A DNA stretch of 64,000 nt, taken from Malacoraja senta (lineage: Eukaryota). The DNA lies in contig CM075987.1 in NCBI GenBank assembly GCA_038087875.1, forward strand, positions 25,794,001 to 25,858,000, given 5' to 3'. The position numbers and the translations under genes were made by a program. The notes below the pieces were generated by a model. It saw only the letters and a program-made list of their open reading frames with translations. It had not been told where the DNA came from and ran no database searches. Shown one piece after another: positions 36,078-48,652 of the stretch (position 1 is its first letter; each line of letters starts with the position of its first letter).

Positions 36078-36694
36078 TCTATAAAGAAATTGGAGGGGAC
36101 GAGGAAATAAAGGGGAAGCCGCTGTGTTAGGGGAAGGCATGGTAGGTAATGTCCTCTCATCATCAGGTGAAAGTCTAGAAGCAATTCTGATTATTTTTTT
36201 TGTCATTTAAAAAAATTCCCTGGTCAGGACTTCTGCAGATCTGGTGGTAATTCAATTCCGAGTCTGTTGTTAATGTGCATCAGTGGGGTGTGTTGGGGTC
36301 ATTGGTCCAACAAGAAGTGTAATTCAATGTACACAACATTTCAAAATGCAGCATTTATCATCGATCAATTTAAGGGAACATTTTTGCAAATCTGAACGAA
36401 AAAAAAACGTCTGTGATTTTCAGCATACCCCAAAGAATGTACAATGCAATCGATAGTTGCTACTGTGGTTAAAATATAAATATCTTAGCTTATCAAAGTT
36501 GATTAAATGCTTACATTAATTCCGAATGTCAGCTTCAGTGAAAGACCGCTGAATTATTTAATACGGCCTTTGGAACTGCCGGGTTATGCAAATACATTAT
36601 TGCCAGATCGGAATTGTCAAAACTAAGCCTGCGTTCTCCTGAACTGAGAGGTGACAGGAACAATAGATGGTAGAAAACGATAGTTGTGAGTAAC

Positions 36695-37097
36695 TGTGTA
36701 GGAAGGAACTGCAGATGCTGGTTTAAACTAAAGATAGACACAAAAGGCAGGAGTAACTCAGTTGGACGGGCAGCATCTCTGGAGAAAAGGAATGGGTGAC
36801 GTTTCGGGTCGAGACCCTTCTTCAGACTGACAGTCAGGGGAAAGGGAAAGGAGAGATATAGGCGGTGACGTAGAGAGATATAGAACAAATGCATGAATGG
36901 TATGCAAAAAAGTAACGGTGATGAAGGAAACAGGCCATTGTTAGCTGTGGGCTAGGTGAAAACGAGTTACAGACAATGAGACTCAACAAGATGACTTTGA
37001 AGCTGGTACGACTTGGTTGGGGGAGGGATGGAGAGAGAGGGGATGCAAGGGTTACTTGAAGTTAGAGAAATCAATATTCATACCGCTGGGTTGTAAG
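36695..37097 (-). mobile_element. Penelope-like element 3' end
   Basis: LQPSGMNIDFSNFK*, then UTR, hammerhead, arm and tail. Confidence 0.88.
36798..36825 (-). ncRNA. Minimal type I hammerhead ribozyme core
   Basis: CTGAAGA-A-GGGTC TC GACCC-GAAA-CG-TC on the PLE sense strand. Confidence 0.7.
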
Positions 37098-37206
37098 ATG
37101 AGTGGAAGTCATTGTGATGGCAATATGCATCTTATTTATTAGTGGGTGTTTCTTGGCAACACTAAACAATGGCTCTGTCTCTTGAGAAATGAATGGGCCT
37201 CAGGTA

Positions 37207-37207
37207 T

Positions 37208-37257
<50 letters not shown>

Positions 37258-38075
37258 ATTTTATTTATATAGCGCTTTTCAGGACTGAAAGTCGCTTTAT
37301 ATTGAGAGTCAAGAATAAACAAAACAAAATAGAGCAGTAAGGCAGAGATGCAAAGGGGAGGGGAACATGGGACTAAGGGTATGCAGAGGTGAAGAGATGG
37401 GTCTTGAGGAGGGACTGGAAGATGGTGAGGGACTCAGAATTTCGGATCAGTTGTGGGAGGGAATTCCAGAGCCTGGGAGCTGCCCTGGAGAAGGCTCTGT
37501 CTCCAAAAGTGCAGAGGTTTGATATCGGAGTGGAGAGGAGACCAGCTGATGTGGATCTGAGGGACCGTGAGGGTTGGTAGGGGGAGAGGAGGTCAGTGAG
37601 ATAAGGGGGGGTGGGCAAGTTGTTGAGGGCTTTGTAGGTGAGGACCAGGATTTTGTAGGTGATCCGGTGGGAAATGGGAAGCCAGTGAAGTTCTTTGAGA
37701 ACTGGGGTGATGTGGTGCCAGGATTTGGTGTGGGTGATGAGTCGGGCGGCTGCATTCTGGACCAGTTGGAGTCGGTTGATGTTGCTGGAATTGATGCCAA
37801 AGAGAAGAGAGTTACAGTAGTCCAGTCGGGAGGAGATGAAGGCATGGATGAGTCTTTCAGCAGCGGGGGGTGTGAGAGAGGATCTGATTTTGGCAATGTT
37901 GCGGAGGTGAAAAAATGATGTTTTGACAACATGGCGGATGTGAGGCTCAAGGGAGAGGGTCGAGTCAAAGATCACGCCAAGGTTGCGTGCCTGAGGAGAT
38001 GGGGAGACAGTGGTGCCGTCAATAGTGAGAGTGGGGTTGTTAATTTTAGTGAGTGTTGATTTGGAGCCCAGCATA
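37207..38075 (-). mobile_element. L2-clade LINE 3' fragment, ORF2 C-terminus open for about 230 codons
   Basis: LGVIFD..HAFISSRLDYCNSLL..LQLVQNAAARL..LHWLP..GDRAFS.AAP.LWNSLP; stop at 37373; (ATT)n tail. Confidence 0.93.
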
Positions 38076-38132
38076 TTGTTTACAGCGAAACCCATGAATT
38101 CCCACTCCCCCTACTCCGCTCTCCCACCATCC

Positions 38133-38376
38133 CCTCGCCCGATGGGAGAGGGGAGAAGGGGGAGTGGCCGGGGTGAGGAAGTTTAAAAGATTTAAAAGTT
38201 ACAAAATAAACTTAAGAGAAAACTGTTTTTGAGAAACTGAACCAGAACAAGGGTGCGACTCGTCCTTCACTATGCTGCTGGCCTTGCTGAGGCAGAGTGA
38301 GGTGTAAATGGAGTCAATAGAAGGGAGGTTGGTTTGTTAGATGGTCCGGGCTGCGTTCACAATTCTCTGCAATTTC
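38133..38376 (-). mobile_element. Rex1/Babar fragment, interrupted
   Basis: Matches 33460-33627 with an ~80-bp AT-rich insert. Confidence 0.75.
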
Positions 38377-38781
38377 TTACGGAAATTGGAAAATCCATCG
38401 TCTGTTTCCACACAAATAATCAGTAGGTCCATCACCAAGAGAGGAGCAGAATGTGCAATCCCATAGGGGCAACTCTTCAGGAAAAACAGCAAAAGCCAAC
38501 AATACTATGGCTGGACTTTAATTGAAAATAATCTTTAAATTATTTATTGGTATTTTGAATGTAATCACAGAGAAGGTGTGACAGGATCTGTAAAGGGATT
38601 ACTGGCTTCGGTATCTCAGTATTTAAAATGTGATGTTCACTTTTTGACAGCACCTTAAGGAATATACCAAATATAGACTCGCATTACATAAGACAGCAAT
38701 ATGTGCAAATATACAATGACACTTCCTTGGAGCTATGCTTGTTTAGTCTTTGGACTCATGAGGACTGAGTGCCACTGTTAA

Positions 38782-38977
38782 TGGGCCTGTCCCACTTAGG
38801 CGACTCTTCAGGCGACTGCCAGGGACTAGTTGTAATGGAATTCACCTACGACACCTGGCGACAACCTACGACAGCAAACATTGTCGCCACTGTCGCCGAA
38901 AAATGTTCAACATGTTGAAAACTTTGCAGCGGTCGCCTGTAGTTGCCCCAAAAAATCGTCCAAGTGGGACAGGCCCA
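38782..38977. mobile_element. Short Harbinger-type MITE (196 bp)
   Basis: TIR TGGGCCTGTCCCACTT at both ends; right TSD degraded. Confidence 0.8.
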
Positions 38978-39015
38978 TCGTTACACTTTCAAATCCCCCA
39001 AAATGCCTTGTCATT

Positions 39016-39333
39016 TTGGTTTAGTTTGGTTTAGAGATGCAGCACGGAAACAGGCCCTTCGGCCCACAGAGTCCGCGCCGGCCAGCGACCACCTGTTCAC
39101 ACCAGTTCCATGTTATTCCCACTTTCCCGTTCACTCTCTCCAGATTCGGGACAATTTGTGGAGGCAAAATTAACCAACAAACGCGCACGTGTTTGGGATG
39201 TGGGAGGAATCCGGAGCACCCGGAGACAACCCACGAGGTCACGGGGGAGAATGTATAAACTCTGTACAGAACATGCCTGAGGTCAGGATCGAACTGGGTC
39301 TCTGGCACGGTGAGGCAGCAACTCTAACGCCGC
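39016..39333 (-). mobile_element. V-SINE (older variant)
   Basis: V domain, head, tail. Confidence 0.8.
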
Positions 39334-39814
39334 TAGGTTGGCAGGATACATTGTTAGAATATAATCTACTTGGCAGGATACATTGTTAGAATATAATCTA
39401 CATTGTTAGAATATAATCTAACATTCTTAACAATGTTTTTAATAGATCATAGAACTGGAGTTTCTGCAGTGATATTGAGAATGTACAAGAAGAGCAAAAC
39501 TTTCCAATTAACCTCTGGGTCTACATTTAAAAAGATCACAGGTGGTACTATTGCAACGTTTAGCAGGGAATATCACAACATTTAAGAAACATTTAGACAG
39601 GTACATGGATAAGACGGGTTTGGAGGGATATGAGCCAAATGCAGGCAGGTGGGACTAGTGTAGATGGGACATGTTGGTTGGTGTGGGCAAGTTGTGCTGA
39701 TGGGCCTGTTTCCACGCTATAACAGTCTATGAAGGAACTGCAGATGCTGGTTTAAACCCAGGACAGACACAAAAAGGTTGGAGTAACTCAACGGGTCAGA
39801 CAGCATCTCTGGAG

Positions 39815-40075
39815 TTGATCATGACTACGGGTGCTGTCTGTACGGAGTTTGCACGTTTTCCACGTGACCTCGTGGGTTTTCTCCAAGATCTTTAGTTTCC
39901 TCCCACACTCCAAAGACGAAAAGGTTTGTAGGTTAAATGGCTTGGGTTTGTATACTTGGTATAAGTGTAAGTTGTCCCTAGTGTGTGTAGGCTTGTGTTA
40001 ATCGCTGGTAGATGCGGACTCGGTGGGCCGAATGGGCCTGTTTCCATGCTGTATCTCTAAACTAAACTAAACTAA
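39815..40075 (+). mobile_element. HE1-like V-SINE (5'-truncated) within a PLE arm
   Basis: V domain and (CTAAA)n. Confidence 0.8.
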
Positions 40076-40400
40076 AAAGAAAGAGGTGACATTTCAGGTT
40101 GAGACCCTTCTTCGGATGACTATGATCTTTTACCTTACTTGCCTGTGGCCTCATGCCTCAAGATTCCTTCAATATCCATAAATTAGGCATCTGCCTTGAT
40201 TACACTCAGAGACTGAGAGTTGATTTTGTTCAACAATAAACCCTCTGTTGGTTCCACATTTCATTTGAATTTCCTACAATGGGCCAAACAGCCTGTACAC
40301 AATTGAACATGGCAATGTCTCCCCCTAACGCTAACTCAACTTACAACTTAAAATACAAATTCCTGCAATAATTATCCATGACGGTGCCTGTTGCAAAGAT

Positions 40401-40685
40401 GAGTTGAGTTGGGTTGAGTTGGGTTGAGTTGGGTTGAGTTGGGTTGAGTTGAGTTGAGTTGGGTTGAGTTGGGTTGAGTTGGATTGGGTTGAGTTGGGTT
40501 GAGTTGAGTTGGGTTGAGTTGGGTTGAGTTGGGTTGGGTTGGGTTGGGTTGAGTTGGGTTGAGTTGGGTTGAGTTGGGTTGAGTTGGGTTGAGTTGGGTT
40601 GAGTTGGATTGAGTTGGGTTGAATTGGGTTGGGTTGGGTTGGGTTGGGTTGAATTGGGTTGGGTTGGGTTGGGTTGGGTTGGGTT
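40401..40685. repeat. Pentanucleotide microsatellite (GGGTT/GAGTT)n
   Basis: About 57 units by length. Confidence 0.95.
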
Positions 40686-41139
40686 TAATATGCATCATTC
40701 AGGTAGACATTCACAACCTTTTTCCCAGGGTGCAAATGTCCAACAACAAACCGTCTAGCTGTAATATGAGAGGGGGATGTACGGGGCAGGTTTGTTTATA
40801 CCAAAGGGTGGGGGCCTGGAATGCATTGCCAGGTGTGGTGGTGGAGGCAGATATGATAATGGTGATTAAGAGGCTTTTGGATAGGCACATGTTAGTGCAG
40901 GGCATAGAGGGGTATGGAAAAAGTACAGGCAGATGAGATCAGTTTAACTAGGCATCATGTTCAACATCAACACTGTAGACTAAAGGCCCCATTCCTGCGC
41001 TGTAGTGTTGTATGTTCTATCTTTTGTCTCTCATTATATATGTCCCATTCCCATTACATCAAAATACTATTTCACCCAGGGGGGACAAGAGAAAGAATCC
41101 AATTCATTCAATTAAACCCAATCTCTCTATTGGACGATA

Positions 41140-41548
41140 AACAGTCCATCATCGGCTCTGACCTCCCTACCATCGAGGGGATCTATCACAGTCGCTGCCT
41201 CAAAAAGGCTGCCAGCATCATCAAGGACCCACACCATCCGGGCCACACACTCATCTCTCCGCTACCTTCAGGTAGAAGGCACAGGAGCCTGAAGACTGCA
41301 ACGACCAGGTTCAGGAATAACTACTTCCCCACAGCCATCAGGCTATTAAACTATAGCCCATTATCTGTTTATTTGCACTTTATCAGTTTATTTATTCATG
41401 TGTGTATATATTTATATAATGGTATATGGACACACTGATCTGTTCTGTAGTCGTGCCGTCTATGTTCTGTTGTGCTGAAGCAAAGCAAGAATTTCATTGT
41501 CCTATCAGGGACACATGACAATAAACTCTCTTGAATCTTGAATCTTGA
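41140..41548 (+). mobile_element. Rex1/Babar LINE 3' fragment
   Basis: IIGSDLPTIEGIY..IIKDPHHPGH..LPSGRR..FPTAIRLLN; (CTTGAAT)n tail. Confidence 0.9.
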
Positions 41549-41642
41549 ACATTTATTTGTATGTTTGTTATATATTTTTTTGCCTTCCATTCAAGAATTC
41601 AAATTGTCGTGGTTGCTATAAAAAAGAGCTAAAAAGGCAGCA

Positions 41643-41941
41643 GGGTGGCACAGTGGTAGAGTTGCTGCCTCACAGCGCCAGCGACCCAGGTTGAATCCTC
41701 ACCACGGGTGCTGTCTGTACGGAGTTTGTACGTTCTCCATATGACCTTGTTAGTTTTCCCCGGGTGCTCCGGTTCCCCCCCACACTCCAAAGACGTACAG
41801 CTCTGTAGGTTAATCGGCTTAATATAAATTGTCCCTAGTGTCTGCAGGATAGTGTCAGTGTGCGGGGATCGCTGGTTAGCATCGGCTTGGTGGGCCGAAG
41901 GGCCTGTTTCTGTGCTGTATCTCTTAACTAAACTTAACTAC
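41643..41941 (+). mobile_element. HE1-like V-SINE
   Basis: Full length. Confidence 0.88.
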
Positions 41942-41976
41942 GAACAATTGCCAGGCATGTGATAGCAAGGCAAGAT

Positions 41977-42174
41977 GTGTGTAGGAAGGAACTGCAGATG
42001 CTGGTTTAAACCGAAGGAAGACACAAAATGCCGGAGTAACTCAGCGGGACAGGCAGCATCTCTGGAGAGAAGGAATGGGTGACGTTTTGGGTCGAGACCC
42101 TTCTTCTGAAGAATCCCTTCTCTCCAGAGATGCTGCCTGTCCCGCTGAGTTACTCCAGCATTTTGAGTCTATCT
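41977..42174. mobile_element. Penelope-derived palindromic element (subfamily A)
   Basis: Tail plus inverted arms. Confidence 0.82.
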
Positions 42175-42655
42175 CTGATACAAATTTGTCTTTGGTTGGA
42201 GTCATTAAAACCACCGCTATTGAATACCCCTTTCATTCACCCAATACTAGTCAGTCACATTAACCTCAGTAGAAATGATCATCAGGTGAACAACACAACA
42301 GCGCGCAAGTTACATAGCACCCGATATTAACTTGCTGTTATTAACTTGAAATATTGACTTGGTTTTTCACTCTATGGGCATTTTATTTATTACAGTTCAG
42401 ATTTCCATTATCCAGAAATGTGTTGTTTTTTATGCCTTATTAAATAAATCACACAAGCAATTGGAATTGAAGCAAATAGATTTAATGGTTTGGAAGGGTA
42501 TCGAGGGATATGGAACGAGGTATAAGGTAGGTGATTGGAATTGAGTTGCGCATTGAGGGGTCTGACTGCAAACATTAAATTTGTAAATAAATATCCAATG
42601 TCACAGAAAACCGATGCAAGGTCTTAACCACCCCTCTGTCACTGCAGATGCTGCC

Positions 42656-43855
42656 AATAGACAATAGGTGCAGGAGTAGGCCATTCGGCCCTTCGAGCCA
42701 ACACCGTCATTCCATGTGATCATGGCTGATCATCCCCAATCAGTACCCCGTTCCTGCCTTCTCCCCATATCTCCTGACTCCGCTATCTTTAAGAGCCTGA
42801 TCTAGCTCTCTCTTGAAAGTATCTAGAGAACCGGCCTCCACCGCCCTCTGAGGCAGAGAATTCCACAGACTCACAACTCTCTGTGTGAAAAAGTGTTTCC
42901 TCGTCTCCGTTCTACATGGCTTACCCCTTAATCTTAAACTGTGGCCCCTGTGCCTAAACCACTGGGCTCCTCCAGCAGTGTGCTTATGCCCAGAGTAGGG
43001 GAATCCAGAACCAGAGGACATGTGTTTAAGTTGAGGTGAGATTTAGTAGGAAACTGATGGGTAACTATTTCACACAAAGGGCGGTGACTGTATCGAACAA
43101 GCTGCCGGAGGAGGTAGTTGAGACAGGTACTGTCGCAAAGTTTTAAGAAACATTCAGACAGGTACATGGATAGGACAGGTTTAGAGGGATATGGGCCAAA
43201 TGCAGGCAGGTGGGACATGTTGGCTGGTGTGGGCAAGTTGGACTGAAGGGTCTGTTTCTGCGCTGTTTGACTCTATGCTCCAGATTCCAGTATCTGCTGT
43301 CTCTAATAGAGCATGGAACATAGAACAGTACTGAACAGGATCATTCAATCATGGCTGATCTATCTTTCCTTCTCAACCCCATTATCTTGCCTTCTCCCCA
43401 CCCTTACTCCCATACTAATCAAGACACTGTCAATCTCTGCCTTAAAAATGTCACACTTGGCCTCCTAAGCCATCTGTGACAATGATTTCCACAGACTCAC
43501 CACCCTAAAACAAATTCCTCCTCATCTCCTTTCTAAAGTTATGTCCTTTTATTCTGAGGCTAAGGCCTTTTGGTCCTATACTCTCCCATTAATGGAAACA
43601 TCCTCTCCACATCCACTCTATCCAGGCCTTTCACTATTCGGTAAGTTTCAATGGGGTTTCCCCCCTCATCCTTCCAAACTCCAGCGAGTACAGGCCCAGT
43701 GCCGTCAAACGCTCGTCATATGTGAACCCACTCATTCCTGAGATCATTCACGGAAATCTACTCTGAACGCACTCCAGCTCCAGCACATCCTTCCTCAGAT
43801 ATGGGACCCAAAACTCCTCACAATACAGCAAATCTGGTCTGACCAGCAACTTATA
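42656..43855. mobile_element. Cluster of three CR1 fragments (42656-42950 minus, 42985-43275 plus, 43340-43855 minus)
   Basis: ORF2 C-terminal motifs and 3' UTRs. Confidence 0.85.
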
Positions 43856-44194
43856 AATTTCCTGTTTGGAAGTGAAATGGTATAAATTCATCTTTAATTG
43901 CTTGCATTTAATGGATGCTTTAGCCATGGCTGCATGTTATACTCCCTTCCTCATTTAATTTCGGATGATAATATCCTCATCATATTGTGCAGTTCTGTTC
44001 TTTCCCATTTGTTCATTGATAGATCCCAAGGGGGAGGAAAAAAATCATTCCAACCTGAAATCTTTCTCTACGATCATTTTAGACATATTATTAAGCATTA
44101 ACATATGATTATGGGCAAAGTCCAATCTAAACCAAGTGAACACAATACCCTTGATTGCAAGCAAACCCTGGAAATGCAATACTACTTTAGTTTA

Positions 44195-44441
44195 AGGTAC
44201 ACAAAAATGCTGGAGAAACTCAGCGGGTGCAGCAGCATCTATGGAGCGAAGGAAATAGGCAACGTTTCGGACCGAAACCCTTCCGGGTTTCGGACCGAAA
44301 CGTTGCCTATTTCCTTCAGGGTTTCGGCCCGAAACGTTGCCTATTTCCTTCGCTCCATAGATGCTGCTGCACCCGCTGAGTTTCTCCAGCACTTTTGTGT
44401 ACCTTCGATTTTCCAGCATCTGCAGTTCCTTCTTAAACACA
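44195..44441. mobile_element. Young 247-bp PLE-derived palindromic element ('flip' isomer)
   Basis: ~76-bp inverted arms with 1 mismatch; TSD ACTTTAGTTTA (44184-44194, 44442-44452). Confidence 0.92.
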
Positions 44442-44452
44442 ACTTTAGTTTA

Positions 44453-45204
44453 GTTTAGTTTCATTTAGTTTAGAGATAAGAGTGCAGAAACAGGGCCTTT
44501 GGTTTCCGAGTCCGCGCCGACCAGCGAATCCCGCACACTAACACTATCCTACACACACCAGGGACAATTTACAATTTCACCGAAGGCAATTGACCTACAA
44601 ACCTGCACGTCTTTGGAGTGTGGGAGGAAACCGGAGCACCCGGGGAAAATGCACGCAGGTCACGGGGAGAACGTACAAACTCCGTACAGACAGCACCCAG
44701 GATTGAAGCCGGGTCTCCGGTGCTGTCAGGCAGCAACTCTGCCGCTGCCCCACCTTGCCGCCCTATACCCTGCTGGATTCCAGTCAGAAGCGGCAGGTAG
44801 TGCCGCTGCCTCACAGCTCCAAACCCCCCCCCCCCCCTTGTTTGATCATGACTTCTGTTGGTCTCTGTGAGAAATATGTACATTCTACTCTTGACCGGGC
44901 CACACAGTGGCACTCACCGGTAGAGTTGCTGCCTTACAGCGCCAGAGATCGCCGGGTCCGATCCTGACTACGGGTGCCGCCTGTACAGAGTTTGCACGTT
45001 CTCCCCGTGACCACGTGGGTTTTCTCCGGGCGCTCATTAAGGTTTCGTGCCACATTAAGGACGTGCAGGTTTGTGCGTTAATTGCCTTCTGTAAATTGCC
45101 CCTACTGTCTTGGATGGAATTGATATACGGGATGATTGTTGGTCCACATGGACTCGGTGGGCCAAAGGGCCTGTCTTCATGCTGTATCTCCAATCTAAAC
45201 TAAA
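44453..45204. mobile_element. Two head-to-head V-SINEs (to 44763 minus; 44900-45204 plus)
   Basis: V domains and tails. Confidence 0.85.
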
Positions 45205-45700
45205 CATAGCGTTGTCAAAATAATTGTGGAGGAAGGATTCCCAAAGGGAAAAGACCGATGTTGTTGTTATTCATCTGTAGATAATAAACGTCAACAATGG
45301 AGATTTATTTTGACTTAAAGGAGCCTTGTTGTGGCATCATCCTGATTACTTCCATTAGTCCCCGAGGCTATAAGGCGCAAGAATCTACGCTTTGATCCAT
45401 TCCCTATTTTTACGTCTACCGTTGCACTAGCCGATAATTCTCATGAGCCTCCACCACCGGATGTGTCAAGATATTCTGAGAAGGATCGCAACCCAAAACG
45501 TCAGCTATTCCTTTTTCTCCAGAGATGCTGCCTGCCCCACTGAGTTACTCCAGTGTTTTTGTGTCCAACTATTGTATACCAGCATCTGCAGTTCCTTCCT
45601 ACAGGTAGAGGCTAGCTCAGAACCACTCTCTAGTTATTGGTAGGATGGTTTAGTTGCCTGATAACAGCTGGGAAGAAACTGTCTCTGAATCTGGAGGCCT

Positions 45701-46373
45701 GGTTTAGTTTAGAGATACAGCGTTGGAAACAGGTCCTTCGGCCCACCGAGTCCGTGCCGACCAGTGATGCCCGCACATTTACACTATCTTACACACACTA
45801 GGGACAGTTTACATTTATACCAAGCCAATTAACCTGGCGGGAGCCCTGGTTGAAATTTATGAGTGGTCCTTAAATACAGGAGAGGTGCCGGAAGACTGGA
45901 GGGTGGCAAATGTTGTACCTCTTTTCAAAAATGACTGCAAGGAAAATGCTGGGAACTATAGGCCAGTGAGCTTAACATCTGCAGTTGGTAAGTTACTGGA
46001 GTGTATTCTGACTGATACGATATACAGGCATGTGGATGGGCAAGGGCTGATTAGGGATAGTCAGCATGGTTTTGTACATGGGAGGTCATGTCTCACAATT
46101 CTGATTGATTTTTTTGAAGGCCAAATAGGTTGATGAGGGCGGAGCTGTAGATGTACATGGACTTCTTCAGTAAGGCGTTCGACAAGATTCCGCATGGTAG
46201 GCTTCTCTGGAAGGTTAGATCGCATGGGATCCAAGGAGAGATAGCTGAATGGATAGCAAATTGGCACCATGGAAGGAAGCAAACTCCGTACAGACACCAC
46301 CCATAGTCAGGATTGAACCCACGTCTTTGGCGCTGGAAGGCAGCAACTCTACCGCTGCTCCACTGTGCCACCC
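45701..46373 (-). mobile_element. HE1-like V-SINE with its middle replaced by a CR1 RT fragment
   Basis: Tail 45701-45834, head 46281-46373. Confidence 0.8.
45836..46270 (+). pseudogene. Internal CR1 reverse-transcriptase fragment
   Basis: GEVPEDWRVANVVPLFK..NYRPVSLTS..QHGF..GRSCLT; after frameshifts FSKAFDKIPH. Confidence 0.9.
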
Positions 46374-47201
46374 TTTCTTCAGTCTGTCATCGTGACAATG
46401 TCATTGTGACAGTGTGACGTCACCTCACTCCCTCCACAGATGCTGCCTGACCCATTGAGTTCCTCCAGCATTTCCTGTTTTGCTCCTTGTAGTACTGTTC
46501 AGCTGAGAGAGATAGCTCTTAGCTAAGTGAAATGGAATGACAAAAGAGGATCGGTGTTTCTCTTACGTGATCCGTGTTGTGAACCTGTTTCCCAAAGAAC
46601 TATTAAGGCACCAATGCACAGCATCATGCCGCCTTGAGAATAAAGCGTTCAAATGAAGACGCAATGGGACAAAAGGAAATAGAAGGATATGAGCGAATTG
46701 CTTAATCCTACCTTAGATGGCCAAATGGTACAGGTAATTGTTATCTGACAACAGGGGGATTTACAGCGATTGAAATGCTGTTACCTCAGCAACATCAATG
46801 TCAAATCAACTCAACTCAACATTATAAAGTACGGGCCTGGCAGCTAGAAGTACAATGTGTGATATTGGTGCGGAGAAAATAGAATCATCACACAATGCAA
46901 TTTCAACAGAGGAAATTAGATTAGGTGGATAATGAGGCAAAACTCTATTAAAGTTAATTTCTAGAGGGTGTTATTACCTTGCTAAAAGTGTTGTCACTGT
47001 CTCATCGCCTTAGAGCAAAGTAGTCTTATAATAACTCCACATTTCTTTCAGCAGCTAAATTCCGAACCACGCTAAACTTTGCAAATTGGAAGCTAGTGTC
47101 AAAAATAAATATAGAATCGAAAAGTGGAAGTGATTTAAACAAAACAAAAGAGCTATCTCCTCAGAAATTTAGGGCACAGATAAAAACCATTAGGACCATT
47201 A

Positions 47202-47514
47202 GGCGCAGCGGTAGAGTTGCTGCCTTGCAGAGCCAGAGACCTGAGTTCGACCTGACTGCGGGTGCTGTCTGTACGGAGTTTGCACGTAACTCCCGTGACC
47301 TGCGTGGGTTTTCCCGGGGCGCTCCGGTTTCCTCCCACACTCCAAAGACGTGCAGATTTGCAGGTTAATTGACTTCAGTAAAATAGTAAATTGTCCATAG
47401 TGTGTGTAGGATAGTGCTAGTGTATGGGGCGATCACTGGTAGGCGCGGACTTGGTGGGCATTTGGGTCTGTTTCCGTGCTGTATCTCTAATGTCTAAAGT
47501 CTAAAGACTAAAGT
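47202..47514 (+). mobile_element. HE1-like V-SINE
   Basis: B box, V domain, (CTAAAGT)n-like tail. Confidence 0.88.
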
Positions 47515-47874
47515 CGGGCAGCATCTCTAGAGAACATGGATAGGTGACGTTTCCGTTTGAAGAAGGGACTCGACCCGAAACATCAATCCATGTTCTCCAG
47601 AGATGCTGCCTGATCCGCTGTGTTGCACCGATATCACGTGTCTTTTTGTGTATTAACCAGCGCCTGCAGTTCCTTGTTTCTACAGAAACTAAGGATTGCC
47701 TTGTTTGGTTTTAACTGCTAAACAAAATCAAATTTGCTTTCTTCAGTCTCCTGCAGAAATGAAAGTATTTGCCTAATTGTTCCTTCCCTTGTTTCAATCC
47801 CTTTTAATTGGGCAAATGTCGCTAAATTTGTGGCACGGATTTGGCAGGCTATCAGAATAATCTATAATCTCATA

Positions 47875-48235
47875 AAGTCACAAGGTCATAAATGATAGAA
47901 GTAGAATTAGGCCATTCAGCCCATCGTCTACTCCGCCATTCAATCATGGCTGATCTATCTCTCCCTCTCAACCCCATTCTGCTGCCTTCTCCCCATAACC
48001 CCTGACACCCGTACTAATCAAGAATCTATCAATCTCCATCTTAAAAATATCCACTGACTTGGCCTCCACAGCCTTCCATGGCAAAGAATTCCACAGATTC
48101 ACCATCATCTGACTAAAGAAATTCCTTCTCATCTTCCTAAAGGAACGTCCTTGAATTCTCAGGCGGTGACCTCTGGTCCTAGACTCTACCACTAGTTGGA
48201 ACGTCCGCTCCACATCCACTCTATCCAGGCCTTTC
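47875..48235 (-). mobile_element. CR1-like 3' fragment
   Basis: ESRTRGHRLRI..FFSQMMVNLWNSLP. Confidence 0.87.
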
Positions 48236-48652
48236 TCTATCTCCTTTTATATTAGTTCCTCCTTCATGCTAAATTTAATCCTGTGAATAAACATTGCCTT
48301 GTACGTAATTCCCAAGGGCCAACTGCTTGTCAGTAGGTGGCATAACTTGCACTTAAATGAAGGAAAGTCTTGATGCAATTTATTATGCAAAATTCCCTAC
48401 CTTCTCTCTTGATCTATCAGTGAGTGAAACTGGAAAGCTCGCAGCCACATTCAACATAAGGAGGTAATTGCTTTTGCTTCTGTCTTATAAATTTCGCCCT
48501 CTGAGCATCATGAAGCAGAGGTGAAGCAAGATACAAGAGAAAGGGATTAACAACACAAACCTCTGCATAAATCAACATGGAACACAATTGTAGATGTAGG
48601 TTATGAATTATACTCTCTTTCACACCAATCAGTTGCCCTTGCAGTTCTTCAA

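Noticed and set aside
37373..38095. 240-aa ORF as a host gene
   Set aside because: It is an L2 ORF2 C-terminus, 5'-truncated, with the start codon supplied by flanking sequence.
39338..39422. Short tandem duplication of about 32 bp (also a 20-bp direct repeat at 18192-18241)
   Set aside because: Ordinary slippage duplications with no further structure.
40372..40698. Repetitive NPTQP protein or interstitial telomere
   Set aside because: Pentanucleotide microsatellite; the unit is not TTAGGG.
42656..43275. Head-to-head CR1 pieces as a twin-priming inversion
   Set aside because: Different subfamilies, both with their own 3' tails, so independent insertions.
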